64,000 nt of DNA from contig OY970067.1 of NCBI GenBank assembly GCA_963705305.1, positions 768,001 to 832,000 on the forward strand, in the 5' to 3' direction. The DNA is from an uncultured Methylomirabilota bacterium (GTDB taxonomy: Bacteria > Methylomirabilota > Methylomirabilia > Methylomirabilales > 2-02-FULL-66-22). The first letter of the stretch is position 1. Every line of letters starts with the position of its first letter. The notes under the pieces are model-generated. The model made no database searches. It was not told where the DNA came from and saw nothing but the letters and a program-made list of their open reading frames with translations. This document shows positions 28,764-38,828 of this stretch, piece after piece. The position numbers and the translations under genes were made by a program.

Positions 28764-30323
28764 CTACTTCCAGGACACCCCTTTCAGGCGGATCAGGCCA
28801 TCCGGCACCGCGACGTAATGCTGCAGGTTCTTCGGGTAGGCCACGATGTAGTTCTGGTGGTACAGGTAGATCAGGTTGCGTCGGCTCAGAACCATCTTGT
28901 CGATGGCCTCCTTGTACAGGGCGGCACGCTGGGAGAAGTCGGTCACCTCCCGCGCCTTGTTGAGCAGGACGTTGATGTCCGGGTCGCAAGCGCCCGTGGT
29001 GTTCAGGCTACCGCCGCAGGTATGAAACTGGTGGATGTTCCCGTCCGGGTCTACTCGCCCGCTCCAGCCAATGAGGAAGGCCCGCAGATTGCCCGCGTCA
29101 TCGTCCTTGAGGGCCGAGGCGAACTCCTCCGGCTTGAGCGTGATATTGAACCCGGCCTCCTTGGCCATGCCCTGGATCACCTCTCCCACCCGCCGCTGTT
29201 GAGGATCGTTGACGATGGTCAAGTCAAAGCTGTAGCCGTTCGGCAGGCCGGCCTCGGCCAAGAGCTGCTTGGCCTTGGCCACGTCCCGGGTCGGGCACTT
29301 GCGGCTCTTGTCATAGAACGGGCTCACGGGGGAGATCGGCGTGCAGCCCGCCGTATACTGCCCGTCCCAGGCCACCTGATTCAGGGCGTCCCGATCGATG
29401 CTGAGATCCAGCGCCTCGCGCACCCGGGGGTCGTTGGCCAGGGGGGCCCCCAGGTCGGCGGGCGGCGTGTCTTTCCCATTCTTGTTGTGGAGGTTGATGG
29501 TGATGCTCTGGTAGGCGAGGCCGGTGACGCTCGACACCACGAACTGGCCCTCCTTGCGCAGGCTGCTCGCGTCCGTGGGCGCCACCAGGTGCATCATGTC
29601 GATGTCGCCCGAGCGCAGATTGGCCAGCCGGACATTGTCGTCGGGGATGATGCGGAAGATCAGCCGGTCGAACTTGGCCTGGCTGGGGTCGAAGTAGTAC
29701 TTGGATTTGACCAGGACGATTCGATCCTGGGGCACCCGCTCGGCAAAGGCCCAGGGGCCCACGCATACGGGCTGGGTCCCGAACTTCTCGCCCAGCTTTT
29801 TGGCCTGGGTGGGGGAGACCGGCATCCCCGCCCGGTCGGCCAGCGTCGCCACGATGGGGGAGAACGGCGCCTTCAGGCGGAGCCGCACTGTCAGGGGATC
29901 CACGACCTCGATGGCGCTCACCAGCTCCAGCTCGCTACGCCGGGCGGAGCCTTTCATGGTGAGGTGCCGGTCGAGCGAATAGCGGACCGCCTCGGCATCC
30001 ATGGAGGTGCCGTCGTTGAACTTCACCCCCTTGCGCAGCTTGATGATCACGGTCTTGCCGCCGTCGTTGAAGGTCGGCAGCTCGGCCGCCAGCTGGGGGA
30101 AGATCTTCAGGTGCTCGTCGACCTCGTACAGCTTCTCGCACATGTGCTCGTAGATGATCCGGCCCACGTAGGTTCGGGACAGGCTGGGATCCAGGATATC
30201 GGGGTCCTGGTTGAGCGCGACGACGAGGGTCGTCTTATGGGGTTGGGCAGCCCTCGCCGGCAGCGTCAGGGCAACGAGCAGTCCCACGAGAATGCACACC
30301 GTCAGGATCATTACCCGACGCAT
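28764..30323 (-). CDS. Peptide/nickel ABC substrate-binding protein (family 5)
   Basis: Signal peptide; LDP, PQLA, LRKGVKFNDG, DPRVREAL. Confidence 0.95.
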   Translation of the reverse strand: MRRVMILTVCILVGLLVALTLPARAAQPHKTTLVVALNQDPDILDPSLSRTYVGRIIYEHMCEKLYEVDEHLKIFPQLAAELPTFNDGGKTVIIKLRKGVKFNDGTSMDAEAVRYSLDRHLTMKGSARRSELELVSAIEVVDPLTVRLRLKAPFSPIVATLADRAGMPVSPTQAKKLGEKFGTQPVCVGPWAFAERVPQDRIVLVKSKYYFDPSQAKFDRLIFRIIPDDNVRLANLRSGDIDMMHLVAPTDASSLRKEGQFVVSSVTGLAYQSITINLHNKNGKDTPPADLGAPLANDPRVREALDLSIDRDALNQVAWDGQYTAGCTPISPVSPFYDKSRKCPTRDVAKAKQLLAEAGLPNGYSFDLTIVNDPQQRRVGEVIQGMAKEAGFNITLKPEEFASALKDDDAGNLRAFLIGWSGRVDPDGNIHQFHTCGGSLNTTGACDPDINVLLNKAREVTDFSQRAALYKEAIDKMVLSRRNLIYLYHQNYIVAYPKNLQHYVAVPDGLIRLKGVSWK

Positions 30324-30510
30324 GGCCGCTCCTCCCGGAGAATGGGTTGACCCCCAGGGCCGTCGGGGACGTCATAGTCGCGGGGGCAGCACGTGCTGGT
30401 CACACTGCATGCCTGCGGCGACTGCCCCCCATGGGGCAGTCGCCCGCGTTCGGGTCGCGAGCGCTCAAAGGCCGAAGGAGCATGGCGCAAGCAGAGAATC
30501 GGTGTCAAGT

Positions 30511-30591
30511 CAAAACCGCCGGCAAGAGGCCTCGGAAGGGGGAGGCCAGCTTCGAAATTCGAATTTCTTCTTTGGCGCCTGGGCGGTGAGA
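30511..30591 (+). repeat. ACCGCC-ended small element, third copy
   Basis: aaaaccgcc...gcttcgaaattcgaatttc...ttggcgcctgggcggtgaga. Confidence 0.7.
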
Positions 30592-30607
30592 TATGTTCGA
30601 AATGGAG

Positions 30608-31795
30608 TCAGACCACGCCGAGCTCCCGCCCGACCTTTGCGAACTTCTCCAGGGCGAAGTCGAGGTCCGCATCCTCCAAGGCCGCCGACAGCTGGACGCG
30701 CACCCGTGCGGCGCCCTTCGGCACCACGGGGTACGAGAAGCCGATGACGTAGACTCCCTCTGCCAGCATCGCCTCGGCCACGCGCACCGCCAGGTGTGCG
30801 TCCCCCAGCATGACGGGCACGATGGGATGCTCGCCGGGGGTGATTCGGAACCCCGCCTGTGCCATCTCCTCGCGGAAGCGCCGCGTATGCCGCAGCAGGC
30901 GGGCCCGCAGCTCCGGTTGGGAGGCCACCAGCTCCAGCGCCTTCAGCGTGGTGGCGGCCACCACGGGGGCCAGACTGTTCGAGAAGAGGTAGGGACGCGA
31001 GCGCTGGCGCAGGGTGTCGATGATCTCCTGCCGGCCCGCCGTGTACCCTCCCGACGCCCCACCCAGGGCCTTGCCGAAAGTTCCGGTCAGGACGTCCACC
31101 CGTCCCTTCACTCCGCGGTATTCGGGAGTCCCGCGGCCGCCGGCCCCCAGGAAGCCCACGGCGTGCGAGTCGTCCACCATCACCAGCGCTCCGAATCGCT
31201 CGGCCAGGTCGCAGATCCCCCTCAGATCGGCAATGATGCCGTCCATGGAAAAGACACCGTCCGTGGCGACCAGCCGGAGGCGTGCGTCGGCCGCCTCGGC
31301 GAGCTTTGCCTCCAGATCCGCCATGTCGTTGTTCCGGTATCGGAGTCGCCGCGCCTTGCTGAGCCGGATCCCATCGATGATGCTGGCGTGGTTCAGCTCG
31401 TCGCTGATGACCGCGTCCTGCTCCGTGAGAAGCGCTTCGAAGAGGCCCCCGTTGGCGTCGAAGCAGGAGGAGTACAGGATGGCATCCTCCACCTCGAGAA
31501 ACTCGGCCAGGCGCCGCTCCAGCGTCCGATGCAGGGTCTGGGTGCCGCAGATGAACCGCACCGAAGAGAGGCCGTACCCCCAGCGGGCCAGGGCCGCCTG
31601 CGCCTCGGCAACCAGCTCGGGGTGTCCGGAGAGCCCCAGGTAGTTGTTGGCGCACAGGTTCAGAGCTCTGCGGCCGTCCTCCAGGACAATGGAGGCCCCC
31701 TGCGGCGAGGCGATCAGTCGCTCGACTTTGAACAGGCCGGCGGCGCGGATCTCCTCGAGCTGCCGGGTCAGGTATTCGCGTATCGCTTCGTCCAT
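30608..31795 (-). CDS. kbl: Glycine C-acetyltransferase (2-amino-3-ketobutyrate CoA ligase)
   Basis: [40 protein letters not shown]. Confidence 0.97.
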   Translation of the reverse strand: MDEAIREYLTRQLEEIRAAGLFKVERLIASPQGASIVLEDGRRALNLCANNYLGLSGHPELVAEAQAALARWGYGLSSVRFICGTQTLHRTLERRLAEFLEVEDAILYSSCFDANGGLFEALLTEQDAVISDELNHASIIDGIRLSKARRLRYRNNDMADLEAKLAEAADARLRLVATDGVFSMDGIIADLRGICDLAERFGALVMVDDSHAVGFLGAGGRGTPEYRGVKGRVDVLTGTFGKALGGASGGYTAGRQEIIDTLRQRSRPYLFSNSLAPVVAATTLKALELVASQPELRARLLRHTRRFREEMAQAGFRITPGEHPIVPVMLGDAHLAVRVAEAMLAEGVYVIGFSYPVVPKGAARVRVQLSAALEDADLDFALEKFAKVGRELGVV

Positions 31796-31835
31796 GGGAA
31801 TCCCCCCACGCGCTGCTGCGGCGTCCGCTCCCTGA

Positions 31836-32870
31836 TCACAGCCACTCCAGGAGCACCTTCCCGCAGCTGCCGGTGCGCATCACCTCGAAGGCGTCCTCGA
31901 AGCGCTCTGCGGGAAACCGATGGGTCAGCACCGGCCTGACGTCCAGGCCGCTCTGCAGCATCATGGTCATCTTGTACCACGTCTCGTACATCTCGCGGCC
32001 GTAAATGCCTTTGATCAACAAGCCCTTGAAGATGACGTCATCCCAGTTGATGGTCGCTCCGCCCGGGAGGATGCCCAGGAGCGCGATGCGACCCCCGTGG
32101 GCCATGTTGGCCAGCATGCCGGCCAGGGCGGCGGGGCTGCCGGACATCTCCATGCCGACGTCGAAGCCCTCGTGCATCCCCAACTCCCGCTGGATGTCCG
32201 GCAGGCTCTCGCGCCGGGCGTCCACCATGCGGGTGGCCCCCAGCCGCCCGGCTAGCTCCAGCCGGTAGGGATTGAGGTCCGTGACGACGACATGGCGGGC
32301 CCCGACGTGACGGGCGATGGCAGCGGCCATGCAGCCGATCGGTCCGGCCCCGGTGATCAGGATGTCCTCGCCCACGAGGTCGAAGGACAGGGCGGTATGG
32401 GTGGCATTCCCCAGGGGATCGAAGTACGCCAGGAGCTCCAGGGGGATGCCGGGGGCCGCGCCCCAGACGTTCGCGGCCGGTATGCAGATGTAGTCCGCAA
32501 AGGCTCCGGGCCGGTTCACGCCTACCCCGGCCGTGTGCGCACAGAGGTGCCGCCGCCCGGCCAGGCAGTTCCGGCAGAGGCCGCAGACGATGTGCCCTTC
32601 GCCGCTGACCACGTCCCCGGGCTTGAAGCTCCGCACATTGGTCCCGACCGCCGCCACCGTCCCCGCGAACTCGTGCCCGATCACCAGCGGGGGCAGGATC
32701 GTGCGCCGGGCCCAGTCGTTCCACTCGTAGATGTGGACATCGGTGCCGCAAATGGCGGTCTTGTGGATCCGGATGAGGACGTCGTTGACCCCTGGCTCCG
32801 GGATCGGAACGTCCTCCAGCCGGAGGCCCGGCTCCGGCCGCACTTTCACGATCGCCCGCATGCTCCCCAT
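31836..32870 (-). CDS. tdh: L-threonine 3-dehydrogenase
   Basis: [43 protein letters not shown]; upstream of kbl. The start may be at 32861. Confidence 0.97.
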   Translation of the reverse strand: MGSMRAIVKVRPEPGLRLEDVPIPEPGVNDVLIRIHKTAICGTDVHIYEWNDWARRTILPPLVIGHEFAGTVAAVGTNVRSFKPGDVVSGEGHIVCGLCRNCLAGRRHLCAHTAGVGVNRPGAFADYICIPAANVWGAAPGIPLELLAYFDPLGNATHTALSFDLVGEDILITGAGPIGCMAAAIARHVGARHVVVTDLNPYRLELAGRLGATRMVDARRESLPDIQRELGMHEGFDVGMEMSGSPAALAGMLANMAHGGRIALLGILPGGATINWDDVIFKGLLIKGIYGREMYETWYKMTMMLQSGLDVRPVLTHRFPAERFEDAFEVMRTGSCGKVLLEWL

Positions 32871-33087
32871 GTCCCGGCCTCCCCTGGTTCACGTTGCGGC
32901 AGGCTCTCCCCCTGCACTCGAGTGCAGCTTCCGGGCACCCGGGGCAGCGTCCCCACCCGGAGGGATGGCGACCGGCCCCGGCCTCCTGCCCGCCTTGACG
33001 TCATTCCTTCCCGCCGCGCAAACGATGGCTCCACATGAAACGGATTGTCAAGGGGAATACAGGCCAATGCCCCCCACCCATCTTTAC

Positions 33088-33290
33088 AGGGGCGGCGTCA
33101 ACACCCAGCACACCCTGCCGTTCGGCACCCCCGACCAGGTGCGGCGAGAGGTCTTGGAGCGGTGCGAGATCTTTATCCAGGGGGGGGCGGGTTCGTGTTC
33201 AACGCCATCCATTGCATCCAGGCCGACACGCCCGTGCAGAATATCGTGGCCATGCTGGAAGCGGTCAAGGTCTTCAGCGGCGTGGTCTAA
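33088..33290 (+). pseudogene. C-terminal fragment of a UroD/MtaA-family gene with a frameshift
   Basis: GGVNTQHTLPFGTPDQVRREVLERCEIF then, after a shift near the G8 run at 33180-33187, GGGFVFNAIHCIQADTPVQNIVAMLEAV*. No N-terminal part is present. Confidence 0.8.
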
Positions 33291-33414
33291 ATCGTCCGGG
33301 CGCCCGAAAAATCGCTAGAGGTTTTTCCGGCGCTGAGGTAACGTGGTGCGGACAAGGAGGGCAGCGGACACGGCGTCTCCCTCCTTTGCTGCGAGGATCC
33401 TGTAAGGAGGCGAT

Positions 33415-33633
33415 ATGGCACCCAGCTCTCGCCAGCACAAAGGCGTCAAGCGCCGCAAGGAGCTCGACCGACAGGCCCGCCAGAAGGAAAAGCGCGAACG
33501 GAGGGCGGAACGGAAGTCCGAGACAGTGGGCGGCGGTCCCCCCATCGACTGGGAGGCCGCCGAGGCGGGCCCCACAGCGGATGCGGCGCCCAAGCCCGCG
33601 CCCGAGGACTCGCAGGAGCCGCAGACTCCCTGA
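33415..33633 (+). CDS. Small basic/acidic hypothetical protein (72 aa)
   Basis: AAGGAGG RBS; KRRKELDRQARQKEKRERR helix followed by GPPIDW. Confidence 0.7.
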   Translation: MAPSSRQHKGVKRRKELDRQARQKEKRERRAERKSETVGGGPPIDWEAAEAGPTADAAPKPAPEDSQEPQTP

Positions 33634-33731
33634 CGCGGGGGTGAGACGCCTGTCGCCTGGGCCGAATGCTCCCGCGCCGCCTCGTTGTGGACACGGCAGG
33701 GCCGGGCCTATCGGCGAAGGAGCAGTGGCCG

Positions 33732-34787
33732 TCAGGACCACACCCCCGGGATGGCCGCTCCGCAGCCCGGACAGCTGCCGGCCCCGGCCAGGCGGTTGGC
33801 CAGGACACGAAATCCCAGCCGTTCAATCAGAAGCAACCCGCAGGCGGGACAGAAGGTGTTTTCCAGCGAGCCCGTCCGCCCGGGGATATTCCCGGCATAG
33901 ACGAAGCGCAACCCCTCGGCCCGCCCGATCTCGGCAGCCGTCGCCAGCGCTCTGGCGGGGGTCCACCCCTGGTTGGTCATTTTGTAGTCCGGGTGGAATG
34001 CGGTTACGTGCCAGGGGATGTCCCGCGAGACTCCCGCCAGGAAGCGGGCGATCCCCCGGAACTCCGCCTCGCTGTCGTTCCAGCCCGGTACGATCAGGGT
34101 GACCACCTCCAGCCAGAAATCCTTCTGGACGAGGAGGCGGATCGTCTCCAGCACCGTCTCCAGCTTTCCGCCCAGCTTCCGGTAGTGCTTGTCGTCGAAC
34201 CCCTTCAGGTCCACTTTGTACAGGTCCACCCACGGCTTGAGGTAGTCCAGGACCTCCGGGGTGGCGTTGCCGTTGCTGACGTAGGCGGTCTTCAGGCCCT
34301 GCTCCTTGGCCGCCCTGAATACCGTGACCGCCCATTCGCTCGTGATCAGGGGCTCGTTGTAGGTGCTGGTGATCACCGGTGCGCGGGCGCGGACGGCGTG
34401 CCGGACGATCTCCTCGGCCGAGACCCGGGCCGGACGCGCGACGGCCTCCACATCCCGGATGGCCTGCGAGGTGAGCCAGTTCTGGCAGTAGCCGCAGTGA
34501 TAGTCGCAGCCCAGCATCCCGAACGAGAGGGTGGCCGCCCCCGGCAGGGCGTGGAAGAAGGGCTTCTTCTCGATCGGATCGAGCTGGAGGGAGGTGGCCA
34601 CGTAGCCGGCGGGAACGTAGAGTCTGCCCTCCCGGTTAAAGCGCACCTTGCATACGCCATCCCGCCCCTCCGGGATCAGGCAGCGGTGCCCGCAGGCAAA
34701 GCAGCGGACCCGCCGATCCGGAAGCCGCTCGTACAGCTCCCCCTCGGTCGTCCATTGATCCAGCAGGTCTTTCAAGGTGGTCGCCAT
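33732..34787 (-). CDS. amrS: AmmeMemoRadiSam system radical SAM enzyme
   Basis: N-terminal CxxCxxxC..C, DPIEKKPFFH, CDYHCGYCQNW, TYNEP, WHVTAFHPDY, YAGN. Confidence 0.92.
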   Translation of the reverse strand: MATTLKDLLDQWTTEGELYERLPDRRVRCFACGHRCLIPEGRDGVCKVRFNREGRLYVPAGYVATSLQLDPIEKKPFFHALPGAATLSFGMLGCDYHCGYCQNWLTSQAIRDVEAVARPARVSAEEIVRHAVRARAPVITSTYNEPLITSEWAVTVFRAAKEQGLKTAYVSNGNATPEVLDYLKPWVDLYKVDLKGFDDKHYRKLGGKLETVLETIRLLVQKDFWLEVVTLIVPGWNDSEAEFRGIARFLAGVSRDIPWHVTAFHPDYKMTNQGWTPARALATAAEIGRAEGLRFVYAGNIPGRTGSLENTFCPACGLLLIERLGFRVLANRLAGAGSCPGCGAAIPGVWS

Positions 34788-34847
34788 GATGCTCCTCGCC
34801 CGGGCCCGACGCGCCTTCCTTCCGGAAGCGCACGGATCCCCAGGGCG

Positions 34848-35168
34848 TCACGAGACGGGCGGATCCTCGGTCGTGCGCCGGAGGTGCGGCTTCCCCGGCG
34901 GGTCGGTGATCTGGAGGAGGGCCCGCCTCGCCTCTTCCCGGCCCTGTCGCAAGAGCCGCCCCCGGGAGATGGCAAAGCGCAGGAGCCGCCCGTCCGGCGT
35001 CTCCCGCTGGAGGTGGTCGATGAGGTCCTTATAGCGGATGGTGGTGTCTCCGGAGGCGGCAAATACCCGGTCCGGGTCCACCCGTTCCACCTCCAACCAG
35101 CGCTTCACCTCCGCCACGGCCTCCTCCAGGCTTACCAGCGGCACCTCCTCCGGCTCTGGCTCTGTCAT
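34848..35168 (-). CDS. Hypothetical protein (106 aa)
   Basis: ORF with RBS and GC3-biased codons, co-oriented upstream of amrS. Confidence 0.65.
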   Translation of the reverse strand: MTEPEPEEVPLVSLEEAVAEVKRWLEVERVDPDRVFAASGDTTIRYKDLIDHLQRETPDGRLLRFAISRGRLLRQGREEARRALLQITDPPGKPHLRRTTEDPPVS

Positions 35169-35405
35169 CCTGGCCTCGTTTCCGGCTTCGGCCGACGGCT
35201 CGCGGTCTCGCCGTCTCTCATCCGCAGTTCGTCCGCCTGCGGGCGGCCCGCGGCATCCCTGCCCCTGCCCTCGACACGCGAGACCCCGTGGATTCTATTC
35301 TAGGAAGCCACGGGGGCCTGGGCAAGTGCAATTCCCACCTAGCCTTGGAAAGCCCTACTTGAGATGTTATAGTTCATTTCTAGCAACCTGCCGCTGGAGG
35401 GGGAG

Positions 35406-35645
35406 ATGCCGACCGCAGAGGAACTGGAGGAGGAAGATTGCCGTATCCGCCAGCTGCGGGTCGCAGTAGGTCTCGCCCTGAGCGCGATCGCGCAGAGCGA
35501 CATGAGCCTGGAGCAGGCCCAGGAGATGGTGACGGCCGCCCGCGGTCTGGCGCTCCGCCTGTTCCCGGGAAAAGATCTGGCATTCGACCTGATCTATCTT
35601 CCGCGATTCCGCCGACTCCTCGCCGAGCGGTACCGGCTGCACTGA
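35406..35645 (+). CDS. Hypothetical helical protein (79 aa)
   Basis: GGAGG RBS, extended -10 TGtTATAGT upstream, LFPGKDLAFDLIYLPRFRRL motif. Confidence 0.75.
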   Translation: MPTAEELEEEDCRIRQLRVAVGLALSAIAQSDMSLEQAQEMVTAARGLALRLFPGKDLAFDLIYLPRFRRLLAERYRLH

Positions 35646-35706
35646 CGGGTATCCGGAAGACGCGCCCGGCCGCGGCGGCCCGGGGCGCGGCTAGATGGGT
35701 GGCCGG

Positions 35707-36696
35707 ATGCGTGCGGAGCCCGCTGCAGGGCACCAGTCCCGCAATGCCTTGGACGCCGATCGGCGGCTCTCGCCAGGCCCCGCCGATGGAGACGTCATCC
35801 GGCCCGGCCCGGCCTCCCGTGCGGCCGTCCGACTGGGGGCCCACATGTCCATCGCCGGCGGGCTGGACCGGGCGCTGCTCCGCGGGCAAGAGGTCGGCTG
35901 CGACACCATCCAGGTGTTCACCAAAAGCAACCGGCAGTGGCGCGCCAAGCCGCTGGCGGAGCGGGAGGTGGCGGCCTTCCGGGCGGCGCTGGACGCCACC
36001 GGCATCCACCCGGTGGTGGCGCACGACTGCTACCTGCTCAACCTGGCCGCGCCGCGCGCGCCGGTGTGGAAGCGGTCCGTGGCCGCCTTTCGCATCGAGC
36101 TGGATCGGGCCGAACGCCTGGGCATCCCATACCTGGTCACCCATCCGGGCTCGCACGGCGGCGCCGGCGAGGCCGAGGGCGCCGCCCGCGTGGCGGAGGC
36201 GCTCAATGTGCTGCATGCCGCCCTGCCCCGGCACCGGGTGCAGGTCCTGCTGGAAACGACCGCCGGCCAGGGCAGCAGCCTGGGGCACCGGTTCGAGCAG
36301 CTGGCCGGCATCCTGGACGGGGTGGAGGAGGCGGAACGGGTGGGGATCTGCCTGGACACCTGCCACCTGTTCGCCGCCGGCTATGACCTGGCCTCCGATG
36401 CGGGATATCGCCGGACCATGCGGGAGCTGGCAGACTGTCTCGGCCTGTCGCGCGTGAAGGCTGTCCACCTCAACGACTCGCAGCAGGGTCTGGGCAGCCG
36501 CGTGGATCGTCATGCGCACATCGGCGAGGGGCGGCTGGGGCTGGGGGCGTTTCGCCGCCTCCTGAACGATCCCGGCCTTCGCGGCCTCCCCATGATTCTG
36601 GAGACCCCCAAGGACGGGGATTTCATCGCCGCCGATCGGCGGAACTTGGCGCGCCTGCGAGGGCTCCTGGGCGGGGCCCGGCGCCAGCGGGGGTGA
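35707..36696 (+). CDS. nfo: Endonuclease IV
   Basis: GAHMSIAGG, H..YLLNL, HPGSH, LETTAGQG, CLDTCH, HLNDS..DRH, ILETP. Start uncertain. Confidence 0.95.
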   Translation: MRAEPAAGHQSRNALDADRRLSPGPADGDVIRPGPASRAAVRLGAHMSIAGGLDRALLRGQEVGCDTIQVFTKSNRQWRAKPLAEREVAAFRAALDATGIHPVVAHDCYLLNLAAPRAPVWKRSVAAFRIELDRAERLGIPYLVTHPGSHGGAGEAEGAARVAEALNVLHAALPRHRVQVLLETTAGQGSSLGHRFEQLAGILDGVEEAERVGICLDTCHLFAAGYDLASDAGYRRTMRELADCLGLSRVKAVHLNDSQQGLGSRVDRHAHIGEGRLGLGAFRRLLNDPGLRGLPMILETPKDGDFIAADRRNLARLRGLLGGARRQRG

Positions 36697-37688
36697 TGAT
36701 GATCGAGATGCGGCAGGATCCCACCACGCGAAACTGGATCCTGATCGGACAGTCGGGGCAGGCGACCCCGCCCGACCCGCCCTCCGAGCTGTGCCCGTTC
36801 TGCCCCGGCAACGAGGCGCACACGCCGCCCTCCGTGGCGGTCATCACCGGCAGCGACGGCCTCTGGCGCGTCCGCGCCTTTCCCGACAAGCGGCCGGTCT
36901 TCCAGGTCGAGGGGGATCTGGACCGGGCCGGCGAGGGCCTCTACGACCGGATGCGCAATGTGGGCGCGCACGAGGTCGTGGTCGAGACCCGCGAGCATGC
37001 CGTGACCCTGCCCCACCTCAGTGTCGAGGATGTCTCCTGCGTCCTCCAGATGTTCCGCACGCGCATCCGGGATCTGAAGAACGACCTGCGGCTGCGCTAC
37101 ATCCAGATCTTCAAGAATCAGGGCCGGCTGGCCGGGTCGCGGATCTCGCACGCCCACGCCCACCTGGTGGCGACCCCCGTCCTGCCCCGCCGCCTGGAGG
37201 CCGAGCTGCGGTGGAGCAAGCAGCACTACGACCTGAAGGAGCGGTGTCTGTACTGCGACATGATCCGGCAAGAGCTGGAGCAGGGGGCGCGGCTGGTGGA
37301 GCGGACCGGGGACTTCGTCGCCTTCTGCCCCTTTGCCCCGCGCTTCGCCTTCGAGACCTGGCTGTTCCCGGTGTCCCATGCCCACCGCTTCGAGGATCAG
37401 GACGACGCGGCGCTCCTGCGGCTGGCCGCCATCTTCAGGCGGACGCTCGCCCGGGTGGAGCAGATGCTCCCCGACCACAGCGTCGTCTTGCACACGGCCC
37501 CCAACGAGCAGTCCCCGCCCATCTGGGGCCTCCCCTGGGAGTCCTTGCCGCTGGACTTTCACTGGCACATCGAGATCCTGCCGCGTCGGGCGGAGGTGGC
37601 GCGTCTGCACCGGGAGGAGGAGTTTTACGTCAATCCCGTCCCCCCGGAGGAGGCCGCAGAGCGCCTGCGCGGCGTGCTGGTGGACTGA
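36693..37688 (+). CDS. GalT-like nucleotidyltransferase (HIT superfamily)
   Basis: EMRQDP, CPFCPGNE, GAHEVVVE, FKNQG..AGSRISHAHAHL, CLYCD, HWHIEILP. Confidence 0.88.
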   Translation: MMMIEMRQDPTTRNWILIGQSGQATPPDPPSELCPFCPGNEAHTPPSVAVITGSDGLWRVRAFPDKRPVFQVEGDLDRAGEGLYDRMRNVGAHEVVVETREHAVTLPHLSVEDVSCVLQMFRTRIRDLKNDLRLRYIQIFKNQGRLAGSRISHAHAHLVATPVLPRRLEAELRWSKQHYDLKERCLYCDMIRQELEQGARLVERTGDFVAFCPFAPRFAFETWLFPVSHAHRFEDQDDAALLRLAAIFRRTLARVEQMLPDHSVVLHTAPNEQSPPIWGLPWESLPLDFHWHIEILPRRAEVARLHREEEFYVNPVPPEEAAERLRGVLVD

Positions 37689-37767
37689 GCGTTTCGCCGG
37701 GAGCGTCGGGCGCCGGCCCGGCCCCCGCGGCATTCACCGGATCGACGGCTAGTGACAGGAGACCATC

Positions 37768-38772
37768 GTGACACGTTCTCGCATCTCCCGCGTGCATCCC
37801 CGGGCCGGCGTCGAAGGCGGATGGGTGTCGATCCTGGGCGAAGGCTTGTGCCAGCCCGAGGTGGGCCAGCCGGTGCCGCGCTTCAACGGCGTCGAGAGTC
37901 GCCCCCGGATTGCCACGGCGGCCAGGATCGTGGCTCCCATCCCCGAAGGGGCGACGTCCGGGGCCCTCTCCCTGGCCTGGCCGGAGACGGTCGTCGGCGG
38001 CCCCAACGTCGTCATCGCGGAAAAGCTGGCCGACGAGCTGCACCCCGTGGCCAATCCGGTCCTGGACCCGCAGGGGAACATCTACACCACCTTCAGCGGA
38101 ACCCGGGGCCAGGCCGCCCCGGGGGGCGTCTCCGTGTTCCGGATCCTCCCGGAGGGCGGCTCCGAGCCCTACCTGAGCGACCTCATGAACCCTACCGGCC
38201 TGGCGGTGGATCCGCAGGGCGCGCTGTTCATCTCGTGCCGGAACGATGGGACCATCCGCAAGGTCGTGGCCCCGGGCCAGACAGAGCAGGTCATCGACGG
38301 CATGGGGATCGCCACCGGTATCACCTTCGACCGGGCCGGAACGCTCTATGTGGGGGACCGCAGCGGGGGAATCTTTGCCGTGGAGCCGCAAGGCTCCACG
38401 CGCCGATTCGCCAAGCTCCCGGCCAGCGTGGCGGCCTACCACCTGGCCTTCGGACCGGACGATTGCCTGTACGTCACGGCGCCGACTCTGTCCAACGACG
38501 ACCCCGTGTACCGGATTAGTCCGTCCGGGAACGTGTCGCGCTTCTTCGAGCATCTGGCCAGGCCCCAGGGCCTGGCGTTCGACCCGGAGGGGGACCTGCT
38601 CGTCGTCGCCATCTACCGCGGCGAGCGTGGGATCTTCCGGCTGGGATCCGATGGCGCGGCCGAGCTGGTCGTGGCGGGAGAGAACCTGGTGGGGCTGGCC
38701 TGCGACCACCGGGGCACCATGTACATCACCAGCGGAAACGCCATCTACCGCCTGCCCTGGCCCGCCAGCTGA
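37768..38772 (+). CDS. IPT/TIG-like domain plus beta-propeller (SMP-30/gluconolactonase/NHL-like) protein
   Basis: N-terminal ISRVHPRAGVEGGWVSILG...IVAPIPEGATSG; repeated PxGLAxD blades. Confidence 0.8.
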   Translation: MTRSRISRVHPRAGVEGGWVSILGEGLCQPEVGQPVPRFNGVESRPRIATAARIVAPIPEGATSGALSLAWPETVVGGPNVVIAEKLADELHPVANPVLDPQGNIYTTFSGTRGQAAPGGVSVFRILPEGGSEPYLSDLMNPTGLAVDPQGALFISCRNDGTIRKVVAPGQTEQVIDGMGIATGITFDRAGTLYVGDRSGGIFAVEPQGSTRRFAKLPASVAAYHLAFGPDDCLYVTAPTLSNDDPVYRISPSGNVSRFFEHLARPQGLAFDPEGDLLVVAIYRGERGIFRLGSDGAAELVVAGENLVGLACDHRGTMYITSGNAIYRLPWPAS

Positions 38773-38828
38773 TCCCTGCGCCGCCCGGAGAGCGCCCGGC
38801 GCCCGAAGATCCGGAGGAGGTTGCGTTC

